This document shows positions 1 to 7,654 of a stretch of DNA of 35,825 nt, piece after piece. The stretch is taken from positions 1 to 35,825 of the IMG/VR virus record IMGVR_UViG_3300037419_001082; one strand, 5' to 3'. The position numbers and the translations under genes are program-made. Source of the stretch: a virus. Lineage: Duplodnaviria; Caudoviricetes. The first letter of the stretch is position 1; every line of letters begins with the position of its first letter. The notes beneath the pieces were generated by a model. It did not search any database, had not been told where the DNA came from, and saw only the letters and a program-made list of their open reading frames with translations.

Positions 1-117
1 AAAGCTTTAGGATTGGCAAAAGATAATCGTGATGGCGAAAATAAAGAAGAATACCGTTTAATTGAAACAGTTTTAGAGGATGTTTTAGAAATTAATTATA
101 ATGCTAAGAATAAATAA
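1..117 (+). CDS. 3' end of a hypothetical protein (partial)
   Basis: Open frame from position 1 (KALGLAKDNRDGENKEEYRLIETVLEDVLEINYNAKNK) to TAA 115-117. Confidence 0.6.
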   Translation, partial: KALGLAKDNRDGENKEEYRLIETVLEDVLEINYNAKNK

Positions 118-157
118 TTGGTATTGGTAATATACTTATAGTGTAGAAAATAATTAA

Positions 158-379
158 ATGAAAGAAGGCTATCAGATGGAAAGAGAAGTTTTAAAAAAGA
201 AGAAATTCCCACATAAATTAGACCATTATCTACATTTAGTATTGGCTAAATACAATGGAGAATTTGTTACGTGGGAATTTAATTCTGATACAGGTGAATA
301 CTTTTATGGACATTATTTTGATGCACTAGCTAAAGCAGAAGTAGATTTTGACAAACGCTATAATGAGTTGGCAAGGTAA
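158..379 (+). CDS. Hypothetical phage protein
   Basis: 73 aa ORF (start possibly ATG 176), followed by a hairpin. Confidence 0.7.
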   Translation: MKEGYQMEREVLKKKKFPHKLDHYLHLVLAKYNGEFVTWEFNSDTGEYFYGHYFDALAKAEVDFDKRYNELAR

Positions 380-380
380 A

Positions 381-406
381 TTTACTCCCCTTAACTGGGG
401 AGTAAA
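381..406 (+). terminator. Stem-loop after ORF (terminator or processing hairpin)
   Basis: TTTACTCCCC-TTAACT-GGGGAGTAAA perfect 10-bp stem; lacks a clean U-tract. Confidence 0.5.
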
Positions 407-424
407 AAATCTTTTAAATATCTA

Positions 425-453
425 TTGACAATGCATTGATAATGTGGTATAAT
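425..453 (+). promoter_or_regulatory. Sigma-A consensus early promoter
   Basis: TTGACA 425-430, 17 bp spacer, extended TG, TATAAT 448-453. Confidence 0.9.
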
Positions 454-485
454 TAATTTATAAAGAACAAGGGGAGTGTTGGTGA

Positions 486-965
486 ATGAGTAAATTATAC
501 GAAGTATCAAGAGATTTAAGAAGTGATTTTATCAGTGATGTTAAAAATGGTAATGTTAGTGATTTAAATGATTGGTTGGATAGTGTCGTTGATAATGCAG
601 TAATTTACACAAGTGATTGCTATGATATTCTTCAAGAATTGTCAGTATGTGATTTTGATGATTATATTGCTAATTTTGGAGAAGTAACAAATGTCTCAAG
701 TTTAGCATGGTTCTACCTAAGAGAATACATTTATGAACAAGAAGATATGAGTGAATATGAAGAGATTATAAACACTTATGAAGCATATAGTGATTTAGTA
801 GAAACGATTCAAGAAAAACAAGATGAACTTCTTACACTTGATGAAGAAGATGAAGATGAAAGAGAAGAAATGAGTGGTATTAATGAGGATATTCTAGCTT
901 TAAAAGAAGAGTTAGAAACATATCAAGCAGATTTAGAAGATTTTGGGTTTGAGTTTGGAGAGTAA
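486..965 (+). CDS. Ocr-like (T7 gp0.3-like) acidic DNA-mimic anti-restriction protein
   Basis: Very acidic 159 aa. DLNDWLDSVVDNAVIYTSDCYDIL and YIYEQ resemble T7 Ocr [22 protein letters not shown] and RIYEQ (recalled). First gene behind a consensus promoter. Confidence 0.65.
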   Translation: MSKLYEVSRDLRSDFISDVKNGNVSDLNDWLDSVVDNAVIYTSDCYDILQELSVCDFDDYIANFGEVTNVSSLAWFYLREYIYEQEDMSEYEEIINTYEAYSDLVETIQEKQDELLTLDEEDEDEREEMSGINEDILALKEELETYQADLEDFGFEFGE

Positions 966-967
966 TA

Positions 968-1174
968 ATGATTACATGGCTTTATAATCGGTTTGGACAT
1001 ATTCAGATTTATCAAGGTGAAGTAGGGTATCGTCACATCATGAATAATGATTGTGACGTACTCTTACAAAGTGAAGATGATGTTAAACAATTCTTTTATG
1101 ATATTGGATTTGATTATGATGGTGTTCATGTTAATGATTGGGGCTTATCAATTGATTTAGGATATTTTAACTAA
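968..1174 (+). CDS. Hypothetical phage protein
   Basis: 68 aa ORF, RBS GGAGAG upstream. Confidence 0.7.
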   Translation: MITWLYNRFGHIQIYQGEVGYRHIMNNDCDVLLQSEDDVKQFFYDIGFDYDGVHVNDWGLSIDLGYFN

Positions 1175-1230
1175 TTAGGTATATTATCAATAGATTGTGC
1201 ATACACTAGTTATATAAATCTAAAGGAGAG

Positions 1231-1530
1231 ATGATGATGTCTAAAGTTGTAGATTTTTGCTTTGGAACAACAATGGGTAGTAAAAAAGATGAAGAAGTTA
1301 TTATTCTTATTAAAAATGGTGTAAATGGATATTTTAATTATTATGAGGGAGATGTAAGAGGTCATAAAGATGATATGCGAAAAGAAGTAGATAGATTAAA
1401 TGAAGAAATTGGAGTTAGTAAATCAGTTGCAATGGCTATGAAGAATGGCTCAATGTTTGGATGGCATACACCTTCGGCTAATCCTAATAATTATAATGAA
1501 GATGGTACTTTTAAAAAAGATGTGATTTGA
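1231..1530 (+). CDS. Conserved hypothetical mobile-element protein (GSMFGW motif)
   Basis: Pattern ILIKxGxxGY...LNxxIGV...AMxxGSMFGWxxPxAxP recalled from phage/ICE hypothetical proteins. RBS AAGGAG; start may be ATG 1237. Confidence 0.75.
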   Translation: MMMSKVVDFCFGTTMGSKKDEEVIILIKNGVNGYFNYYEGDVRGHKDDMRKEVDRLNEEIGVSKSVAMAMKNGSMFGWHTPSANPNNYNEDGTFKKDVI

Positions 1531-1533
1531 TTA

Positions 1534-1562
1534 TTGACAAATGTAATAAATTATGCTATAAT
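1534..1562 (+). promoter_or_regulatory. Sigma-A promoter, conserved-spacer class
   Basis: TTGACA-AATGTAATAAATTATGC-TATAAT. Confidence 0.85.
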
Positions 1563-1568
1563 TGAAGA

Positions 1569-1630
1569 GTAAACAATACTTGTTTAACTGGATTATTTCA
1601 AGAGGTGTGAAAACATCTCTTGAAAATTTA
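1569..1630 (+). ncRNA. Candidate small RNA
   Basis: Promoter 1534-1562 followed by ORF-free two-hairpin sequence (TAAACAA-TAC-TTGTTTA; 13-bp stem 1596-1625 with GAAA tetraloop), then the next promoter. Confidence 0.4.
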
Positions 1631-1643
1631 ATTAAAAAATGTA

Positions 1644-1672
1644 TTGACAATAGACTTAAAATGTGGTATAAT
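1644..1672 (+). promoter_or_regulatory. Sigma-A consensus promoter
   Basis: TTGACA 1644-1649, N17, TG-TATAAT 1667-1672. Confidence 0.9.
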
Positions 1673-1713
1673 AAAAATATAAAGAGCGATAATTAAAAAG
1701 GGAGAGATGTTAA

Positions 1714-2193
1714 ATGGCTAGAATCGAATTTAAAATTAAACAAGGTGTTACTTATGATGAATTGTATGATAAATTAAATAAGTTGAATTTAATTAGTGGA
1801 GATGAAATTCTAGATGATGATGAAATGCACATTGACATGAGTACAAGTGTTTGGATTGGAGCAATGTCTAAAGAATTACAAGAAAAAATGACGAAAACTT
1901 TAGTTGAAGATTGGGAATTTGGTTCGGAAGAAGATATTTATGATGAAGAAGATAATTTAATTGAAGAAGAGGATAGTAGATGGAGAGATTTAGTTGTTCG
2001 ATTACATGAAATGTTTATGATTGATGAAGAAACAGGAGAAGGTTATTATGTTGATGGACAGTATCAAATTTATGTGATTGGTCAATATAGTGATGATGAT
2101 TTATGGCTTCAAGAAGATGATAGTTATGAAAGTGATTTATTTAAAGGAATAAAAGAGAAATTATCTACAATTAAAGAAATTGAAATTGTTTAA
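1714..2193 (+). CDS. Highly acidic hypothetical protein (possible nucleic-acid mimic)
   Basis: 159 aa, D/E-rich, RBS GGGAGAG. Confidence 0.8.
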   Translation: MARIEFKIKQGVTYDELYDKLNKLNLISGDEILDDDEMHIDMSTSVWIGAMSKELQEKMTKTLVEDWEFGSEEDIYDEEDNLIEEEDSRWRDLVVRLHEMFMIDEETGEGYYVDGQYQIYVIGQYSDDDLWLQEDDSYESDLFKGIKEKLSTIKEIEIV

Positions 2194-2201
2194 AAAATCT
2201 A

Positions 2202-2250
2202 TTGACAATTCACTTTCTATATGATATAATAAAAATATAGAAAGTGAATT
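2202..2250 (+). promoter_or_regulatory. Sigma-A promoter embedded in a 16-bp inverted repeat
   Basis: TTGACA 2202-2207, TATAAT 2225-2230. AATTCACTTTCTATAT (2207-2222) is the reverse complement of ATATAGAAAGTGAATT (2235-2250). Confidence 0.9.
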
Positions 2251-2271
2251 AAATAAAAAGGAGAGATTAAG

Positions 2272-2511
2272 ATGAACAAAGCAAATAGAATTACTACTAT
2301 GAAAGATATAGAGATTGGTGATATTGTTGAAGTTGCAATTGAAGAAGGTCATGTGATATTCCGTTACAAATTAAAAGTAACTGATATTGAGATTGGTGAT
2401 GAAAATGAAATCATTGCTTATGGAGAAGGTATTACAAAAGAACATGAAGATTTGGCAGAAGAATTTACACATAGAATTGATTGGTCAAATTTTTACAAGA
2501 TAGTTGGATAA
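2272..2511 (+). CDS. Hypothetical phage protein (SH3/KOW-like IEIGD motif)
   Basis: 79 aa, RBS AGGAGAG; stop lies in the palindromic site. Confidence 0.8.
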   Translation: MNKANRITTMKDIEIGDIVEVAIEEGHVIFRYKLKVTDIEIGDENEIIAYGEGITKEHEDLAEEFTHRIDWSNFYKIVG

Positions 2512-2540
2512 AACTTACATTTTATAAAGGAAGTGGTAAA

Positions 2541-2681
2541 ATGGAAAATGAATATATTTGTTGGGGTTGTTTGAAAGTTTCTAAAAAAAGTGAATTAAAG
2601 AAAGATGACATAAGTGAGTATGTTTGCCCTAAATGTGGAGATGACCACATATCTCAAACTTATAACGCAAGTAATTGTTAA
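2541..2681 (+). CDS. Small zinc-ribbon protein
   Basis: CWGC...CPKC. Start ATG 2541 after RBS AAGGAAGTGG (ORF track 2481..2681). Confidence 0.7.
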   Translation: MENEYICWGCLKVSKKSELKKDDISEYVCPKCGDDHISQTYNASNC

Positions 2682-2736
2682 TAAACATTGAGAGAACAAT
2701 GTAATATAAAATACCGATTTTATCAAAAGGGAGAAG

Positions 2737-2919
2737 TTGATAATAATGAAAAAGATTGAAGAATTGGAACAAAAAATGAATGAAAATTATGATAAAATCA
2801 AAGAAAAAGAAATGAAAATTAAAAGACTACAAGATGAAATTGAAATGTTAAAACATAATCGTAAATATTATCAAGAAGAAATTGACAATATTAAAAGGAG
2901 AGATGGAGATGGGTATTAA
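2737..2919 (+). CDS. Small coiled-coil hypothetical protein
   Basis: Heptad-rich 60 aa, RBS AGGGAG. Confidence 0.7.
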   Translation: MIIMKKIEELEQKMNENYDKIKEKEMKIKRLQDEIEMLKHNRKYYQEEIDNIKRRDGDGY

Positions 2920-3277
2920 TACAAGAGGTTTAATACATTCAGATGTAACAACAGGAGACATTGTAAATGTTTTAATGAATAAATTTAAATTAGACTACAT
3001 TAGTGTTGAAGGAACTCATGCAGATTACTATAAAATCATTACATTTAAATATAAAGGTGAAGATAGAAGATTGTCAGTGTTTGAAGCTATTGACGATATT
3101 GAAAATTATGAACACTTTATTACTAGCAAAGAGATTACAATAATTGATTTTAATTTGTGGGGTAGTGCAATTGAAATAATTGAAAAAATTCTTGAAGGAT
3201 TTGGTGGATATATCATTGAAAGTGATTGTGATGTATATCAAAGTCCTAATCTTAGATATGTTGGTAAAAAGTTTTAA
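2909..3277 (+). CDS. Hypothetical phage protein
   Basis: ORF track 2882..3277; likely start ATG 2909 after GGAGAG. Confidence 0.8.
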   Translation: MGINTRGLIHSDVTTGDIVNVLMNKFKLDYISVEGTHADYYKIITFKYKGEDRRLSVFEAIDDIENYEHFITSKEITIIDFNLWGSAIEIIEKILEGFGGYIIESDCDVYQSPNLRYVGKKF

Positions 3278-3284
3278 AAGTCTA

Positions 3285-3330
3285 TTGACAAAACACTAAC
3301 TCTATGCTATAATAAAAGTATAGAGTTAGT
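3285..3330 (+). promoter_or_regulatory. Sigma-A promoter embedded in an inverted repeat
   Basis: TTGACA 3285-3290, TATAAT 3308-3313; ACTAACTCTAT 3295-3305 / ATAGAGTTAGT 3320-3330. Confidence 0.9.
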
Positions 3331-3350
3331 TAATAAAAGGAGATGTTAAA

Positions 3351-3566
3351 ATGGGAGTATTGAGAGAATTAAAACAAGAATTTGATTTTATTTTATCGGA
3401 TAAATTAATTGAAGCAAGTAGTGGAATTGGTGATGGTGAAGTGTTTCATGCAAAATTAATTCATGGATTTTATGCAATTCTATTTGATGATGGAAGTGAC
3501 ACAGTTACATATACAGTTGATGAAGTAGTTGAATGTCTTGAAGATGGAGATTGGATTATAGTTTAA
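3351..3566 (+). CDS. Hypothetical acidic phage protein
   Basis: 71 aa, RBS AAGGAG. Confidence 0.8.
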   Translation: MGVLRELKQEFDFILSDKLIEASSGIGDGEVFHAKLIHGFYAILFDDGSDTVTYTVDEVVECLEDGDWIIV

Positions 3567-3599
3567 TAAAAGGATTATTTTATTAAAGGAGTGATATGA

Positions 3600-3686
3600 A
3601 TGGTTTTATTTGGATTAATAATGTTTCTTGTTATTTTTAGTGCTTTTAATTTCGGTATGGGATTTTTATGTGGAAGGAAATTTTAA
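3600..3686 (+). CDS. Membrane micropeptide (28 aa, not in ORF track)
   Basis: MVLFGLIMFLVIFSAFNFGMGFLCGRKF; RBS AAGGAGTG; flanked by palindromic sites. Confidence 0.6.
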   Translation: MVLFGLIMFLVIFSAFNFGMGFLCGRKF

Positions 3687-3725
3687 TTTGATAAAATTTA
3701 TCTTTTATTAAAGAGGTGATATTAT

Positions 3726-3977
3726 ATGACAAAAAGAATTGATATATACTCTATTTTATTGCAAAATGGTTATAGATTACCACAACATTCAATGATTATG
3801 GGTAGATGGGAAGCAAGAGCAGATATTTATAAATTTTTAAAAGAAGGTGTAGACCATAATAATTATAAAGATAGTTTTGGCAAAAGTGCTTTAATATCTC
3901 AAATGGCTTCATATAGTGATGAACAATGGTTTAAATTGGTTAGAAGATTATGCAAGAATGGACATTTTAATCAATAA
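3726..3977 (+). CDS. Hypothetical phage protein
   Basis: 83 aa, RBS GAGGTG. Confidence 0.75.
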   Translation: MTKRIDIYSILLQNGYRLPQHSMIMGRWEARADIYKFLKEGVDHNNYKDSFGKSALISQMASYSDEQWFKLVRRLCKNGHFNQ

Positions 3978-4016
3978 TTGATAAAAACATATTCTTTTAT
4001 TAAAGGAGATAGTAGT

Positions 4017-4196
4017 ATGGATAAAGAACAAGTAAAACAAATTGTCAAAGAAATGATTATAGATGAGGAAATTAAATTTTATATCAATATAGACAAAGAT
4101 TCATTTTATGATGGTTTAGAAGTTAAAATTGAAGTGTTTATAGATGGAGAATGTAAACAAACAAATGAAGATAGTGTGTATATGAGAGTTGATTGA
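4017..4196 (+). CDS. Hypothetical acidic phage protein
   Basis: ORF track 3978..4196; start ATG 4017 after AAGGAG. Confidence 0.75.
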   Translation: MDKEQVKQIVKEMIIDEEIKFYINIDKDSFYDGLEVKIEVFIDGECKQTNEDSVYMRVD

Positions 4197-4229
4197 TAAA
4201 AACATTCTTTTATTAAAGGAGATGATAAT

Positions 4230-4394
4230 ATGGTTTGTGAGACATATGAGCAATTTACAGAATTATCAAAAGGCAAAGATGATTTTGATATGACAGTTAC
4301 AACTAGATTATTATTAGAATTGTTTGACCGTAAAGTTGATTTTGCAATATTGAAAAAAATTGAGGACAATTATCTTATAAAAATTTTTGAATAA
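4230..4394 (+). CDS. Small hypothetical protein (54 aa, not in ORF track)
   Basis: MVCETYEQFTELSKGKDDFDM...KIFE; RBS AAGGAG. Confidence 0.7.
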   Translation: MVCETYEQFTELSKGKDDFDMTVTTRLLLELFDRKVDFAILKKIEDNYLIKIFE

Positions 4395-4398
4395 TCTA

Positions 4399-4427
4399 TT
4401 GACAAACAACAAATGATATGGTATAAT
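4399..4427 (+). promoter_or_regulatory. Sigma-A consensus promoter
   Basis: TTGACA N17 TG-TATAAT. Confidence 0.9.
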
Positions 4428-4458
4428 AAAGTATACTTAAAAAAAGGGAGATGTTAAT

Positions 4459-4761
4459 ATGGTTAAAAAATTAAATAAAGATGAAGTTGTTTTTAACATC
4501 AACAAATTATTAGAGCAAATTAATGGTATGTATGATTTTATTGATGAAGCAAATGGTTATTTAGATGAGTTAATAACTTATGGCGATAATGTAATTAATG
4601 CAACTGATAATGATATTGATGATAAACATTATACAACTACTTATGATAGAATTAATGACTTCTACATGAACTTTCCTACTTATAATTGTCTAGATGATTT
4701 CAAAGATTTATTAAATTTATTAAAAGAAGATTTACAGGAAAAAGTAGAGAGAGTAAAATAG
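4459..4761 (+). CDS. Hypothetical acidic helical protein
   Basis: 100 aa, RBS AGGGAG. Confidence 0.8.
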   Translation: MVKKLNKDEVVFNINKLLEQINGMYDFIDEANGYLDELITYGDNVINATDNDIDDKHYTTTYDRINDFYMNFPTYNCLDDFKDLLNLLKEDLQEKVERVK

Positions 4762-4807
4762 TCAAGAGGGAGATTTATTCTCCCTTAAAGAATATTCTAA
4801 AAGTATA

Positions 4808-4836
4808 TTGACAAAAGACTTTGGATATGATATAAT
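4808..4836 (+). promoter_or_regulatory. Sigma-A consensus promoter
   Basis: TTGACA N17 TG-TATAAT. Confidence 0.9.
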
Positions 4837-4862
4837 TAAAGTATAGAAAAGGAGATGTTAAA

Positions 4863-5006
4863 ATGAATGAAGAACAAGTAAATAAATTAATTGATGTGAT
4901 TGACGAACTTGTATATACTATCGAAGAATTACACAGAGGTCAATTAGCAGATTATGAAATTAACAGATTGAAGGAAACTGTAAAATCATTAAAGTGGTCA
5001 ATTTAA
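4863..5006 (+). CDS. Small hypothetical protein (47 aa, not in ORF track)
   Basis: MNEEQVNKLIDVIDELVY...KWSI; RBS AAGGAG. Confidence 0.7.
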   Translation: MNEEQVNKLIDVIDELVYTIEELHRGQLADYEINRLKETVKSLKWSI

Positions 5007-5046
5007 TAAAATATTTGTTTTATCAAATACAAAGGAGATGGTATTG

Positions 5047-5307
5047 ATGAATTTAACAGAAAAAGAAATTAAAATAATGAATATTATAAAAGAAACAATG
5101 GATTCTTATGGAGATGGATTTACAGATGTAATGATTGAAGATTTAATAGCAGAAACAGGATATAAAGTAAATACAGTAAAAGGTGTTTTAGGCAGTTTGG
5201 ATAAGAAAAATTTAATATTCTTTATGGATGTAAATAGAGAATATAATGTTTATGGATTAACTAGAAATGGATTCAAAGCATTAGGTATAGATGTAGATTA
5301 TTTATGA
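5047..5307 (+). CDS. Winged helix-turn-helix DNA-binding protein
   Basis: LTEKEIKIM...IEDLIAETGYKVNTVKGVLGSLDKKNLI...YGLTRNG winged-helix pattern (ORF track 5038..5307). Confidence 0.75.
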   Translation: MNLTEKEIKIMNIIKETMDSYGDGFTDVMIEDLIAETGYKVNTVKGVLGSLDKKNLIFFMDVNREYNVYGLTRNGFKALGIDVDYL

Positions 5308-5340
5308 TTTGATAAAACATTTATTTTATGAGGTGATATT

Positions 5341-5505
5341 ATGAATAATAATGAAATGAAAAATTATGCAATAGATTTAAATGAATTATGGAAGAGTGGT
5401 CAATTTTTAGAATATGCGAAATTCATTAGTAATTTATATGAAAATTATAGTACAGATATTATAATTGACACTTTGAAATATTTAAAAGATATACAGGAGA
5501 GTTAA
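5341..5505 (+). CDS. Small hypothetical protein (54 aa, not in ORF track)
   Basis: MNNNEMKNYAIDLNELWKSG...IQES; RBS GAGGTG fused to the palindromic site. Confidence 0.65.
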   Translation: MNNNEMKNYAIDLNELWKSGQFLEYAKFISNLYENYSTDIIIDTLKYLKDIQES

Positions 5506-5541
5506 GCGATTTGATAAAAGTTAATTTTATGAGGTGATTGA

Positions 5542-5706
5542 ATGGATAATAAAGAGCAACTATTAAAATTATTATCAGAAGCACAAGATAAATTATATGA
5601 CATTGTAATTTATGGTAATACAGATGATTGTCGAGACAAAAATCGTGATTTAAAATGGGAAGCACTTGACCTAATTAAACAAGTGAAGAAATTGATAAAA
5701 AGTTAA
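5542..5706 (+). CDS. Small hypothetical protein (54 aa, not in ORF track)
   Basis: MDNKEQLLKLLSEAQDKLY...LIKS; RBS GAGGTG; stop lies within the core of the next site. Confidence 0.65.
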   Translation: MDNKEQLLKLLSEAQDKLYDIVIYGNTDDCRDKNRDLKWEALDLIKQVKKLIKS

Positions 5707-5728
5707 TTTTATAAAAGGAGTTGGTTAA

Positions 5729-6055
5729 ATGTCGCATACTTATCAAGGAAAAAGAGCAAACATATTTTACAACGGTTTATTTGATAGAAGAGATTATATA
5801 GAAATTATTGACAAAGAAACAGGTGACGAAGTTAAAATTGATGTGGATGATATATTGAATTTTCTTGAAGAAGAATATTATCCACACAATAAATCTAATA
5901 AAGTTGAGTTTAAATATATGGAAATTGGTTTTGATTTCTTGAAAGATAAAGATTATCAAATTTTAGATATTAAGAAATTAAATAGTCTTGGAAAAGAAGG
6001 TTGGGAACTTATGTCAATTGTTAATGGTCAATGTATTTTTAAAAATCGAGTTTGA
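5729..6055 (+). CDS. Hypothetical protein with C-terminal DUF4177-like domain
   Basis: EFKY...LNSLGKEGWELMSI matches the DUF4177 signature LNxLGxEGWEL. Confidence 0.7.
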   Translation: MSHTYQGKRANIFYNGLFDRRDYIEIIDKETGDEVKIDVDDILNFLEEEYYPHNKSNKVEFKYMEIGFDFLKDKDYQILDIKKLNSLGKEGWELMSIVNGQCIFKNRV

Positions 6056-6086
6056 TAAAAAGTTACTTTTATAAAGAGGTGATTAA

Positions 6087-6233
6087 GTGGAGGTAACACT
6101 AAATGAAACAAAAATATCATTAATTTGTGATTCAGATTGGTATAATTTATATGGTAATAAATTATTCTTTTTCAAAAGAGAGTTGATAACAATTCAAGAT
6201 ATGATTAATCTTTATGAAAATAAAAATAGATAA
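6087..6233 (+). CDS. Small hypothetical protein (48 aa, not in ORF track)
   Basis: GTG start after GAGGTG; stop TAA lies in the next palindromic site. Confidence 0.6.
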   Translation: MEVTLNETKISLICDSDWYNLYGNKLFFFKRELITIQDMINLYENKNR

Positions 6234-6261
6234 AAGTCTCGTTTTATGAAAGGATGATTAA

Positions 6262-6513
6262 ATGTTTTACAGAGAAGCAGATATATTTGATTTTTATAAA
6301 GAATATGACCATTTAAAATGGTTGCTAGGCGAAGATGTAATAGAATTAATAGATAATGGAGATAAGCTAAAAGCAGTTAAATTAATAAAAGATAAATTGT
6401 TTTACGATTTATCAAGAAGTAAAAAATTAGTCGATAGATATATGATTTATAAAGAAGCTTATGAAGATTTCAAAAATGATAAAACAGTTTATGTTGAATA
6501 TAAAATTCGATAA
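6262..6513 (+). CDS. Hypothetical protein with ribosomal L7/L12 C-terminal-like helix pair
   Basis: LIDNGDKLKAVKLIKDKLFYDLSRSKKLVD resembles the KIxAIKxxRxxxGxGLKEAKxxVD motif. Confidence 0.55.
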   Translation: MFYREADIFDFYKEYDHLKWLLGEDVIELIDNGDKLKAVKLIKDKLFYDLSRSKKLVDRYMIYKEAYEDFKNDKTVYVEYKIR

Positions 6514-6542
6514 AAGGTTGATTTTATAAAAGAGGTGATTAG

Positions 6543-6692
6543 ATGAAAATAGCTTTATTAGGAGCGTTTATATTTGTTATGGCATTTGCATTAGTAATGT
6601 ATTTTATAATGTTGCATAATCCAATTGCTATATTGTTTATACCATTATTTCTATCAATAATACTAGTACCCATTGGAATGAAAGATATTTGA
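6543..6692 (+). CDS. Membrane micropeptide (49 aa, two hydrophobic segments, not in ORF track)
   Basis: MKIALLGAFIFVMAFALVMYFIMLHNPIAILFIPLFLSIILVPIGMKDI; RBS GAGGTG. Confidence 0.7.
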   Translation: MKIALLGAFIFVMAFALVMYFIMLHNPIAILFIPLFLSIILVPIGMKDI

Positions 6693-6721
6693 TAAAATCT
6701 TACTTTTATTAAAATAATCTA

Positions 6722-6750
6722 TTGACAATACGTATATAATATGTTATACT
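6722..6750 (+). promoter_or_regulatory. Sigma-A promoter
   Basis: TTGACA N17 TG-TATACT. Confidence 0.85.
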
Positions 6751-6779
6751 TATAATATAAAGAATAAGGAGATGATAAT

Positions 6780-7172
6780 ATGGGATTAGATATGTATTTA
6801 ATGGAAGGTAAAAGACAAAATGATGGGAAAATTATGGTTGATTGGAATAGTCAAGAAATTGGATATTGGAGAAAAGCTAATCAGATTCATAATTGGTTTG
6901 TCAAAACTCTTGCAAATGGTGTTGATGAGTGTCAACCAATTCAAGTAACAAAAGAAGATGTGGGGATATTACATGATTTATGTTTAAAAGTGTTAAACAA
7001 TGAAAATCTTGCTTCAAGACTTCTACCTACTCAAAGTGGTTTCTTTTTTGGTGGTACAGAATATGATGAATGGTATTTTGATGATTTAAAACAAACAATT
7101 GAAATTACAAAAAGAGTTTTAAGGGAATTTGATTTTGAAAATAATATATTGATTTATGAAGCAAGTTGGTAA
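6780..7172 (+). CDS. Widely conserved phage hypothetical protein (MGLDMY/YWRKAN family)
   Basis: MGLDMYL...YWRKANQIHNWF...LLPTQSGFFFG..EYDEWY. Confidence 0.85.
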   Translation: MGLDMYLMEGKRQNDGKIMVDWNSQEIGYWRKANQIHNWFVKTLANGVDECQPIQVTKEDVGILHDLCLKVLNNENLASRLLPTQSGFFFGGTEYDEWYFDDLKQTIEITKRVLREFDFENNILIYEASW

Positions 7173-7178
7173 AATCTA

Positions 7179-7223
7179 TTGACAAATCACATATCCTATG
7201 TTATAATAATAACATAGGATATG
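7179..7223 (+). promoter_or_regulatory. Sigma-A promoter overlapped by a 15-bp inverted repeat
   Basis: TTGACA 7179-7184, TATAAT 7202-7207; CATATCCTATGTTAT 7190-7204 / ATAACATAGGATATG 7209-7223. Confidence 0.9.
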
Positions 7224-7250
7224 ATAAACTTATAAAGGAGCGATAATCAA

Positions 7251-7556
7251 ATGGAAAATACAAAATTAATAGCAATTAGTGAATACAATGGTGTTTTTAG
7301 AACAGAAGAGGCTATTATTGAAAAAGAAACTTCAAAACAATTTAAATTAAAAAATACATCGAGACGTATCCTTAATAAGTCTGACATTGGAATTCCATTG
7401 CCTTATGGATTGATGTTTGCCTATGAATATGATGTTAAACGATTAATTTCAGAAGAACTTGAAAAAAGAGTAAGAAGCGTAAACAAAACGATTGAAAATA
7501 AAACAAATGAATTATATAATTTAGAAAAGTCAAGAGAAAGATTTGGTTTAATCTAA
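7251..7556 (+). CDS. Hypothetical phage protein
   Basis: 101 aa, RBS AAGGAG. Confidence 0.8.
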   Translation: MENTKLIAISEYNGVFRTEEAIIEKETSKQFKLKNTSRRILNKSDIGIPLPYGLMFAYEYDVKRLISEELEKRVRSVNKTIENKTNELYNLEKSRERFGLI

Positions 7557-7654
7557 TGAAAAAAGTCAGTGGGAAAGAAATTGTTTTATGGATATCAATT
7601 GGACTTTTATTTGTCGGAATACATGGATTGCTTAAATTTTTAATTTGGCATTGA
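7556..7654 (+). CDS. Possible membrane micropeptide (32 aa)
   Basis: TAATG coupling; MKKVSGKEIVLWISIGLLFVGIHGLLKFLIWH. Confidence 0.5.
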   Translation: MKKVSGKEIVLWISIGLLFVGIHGLLKFLIWH

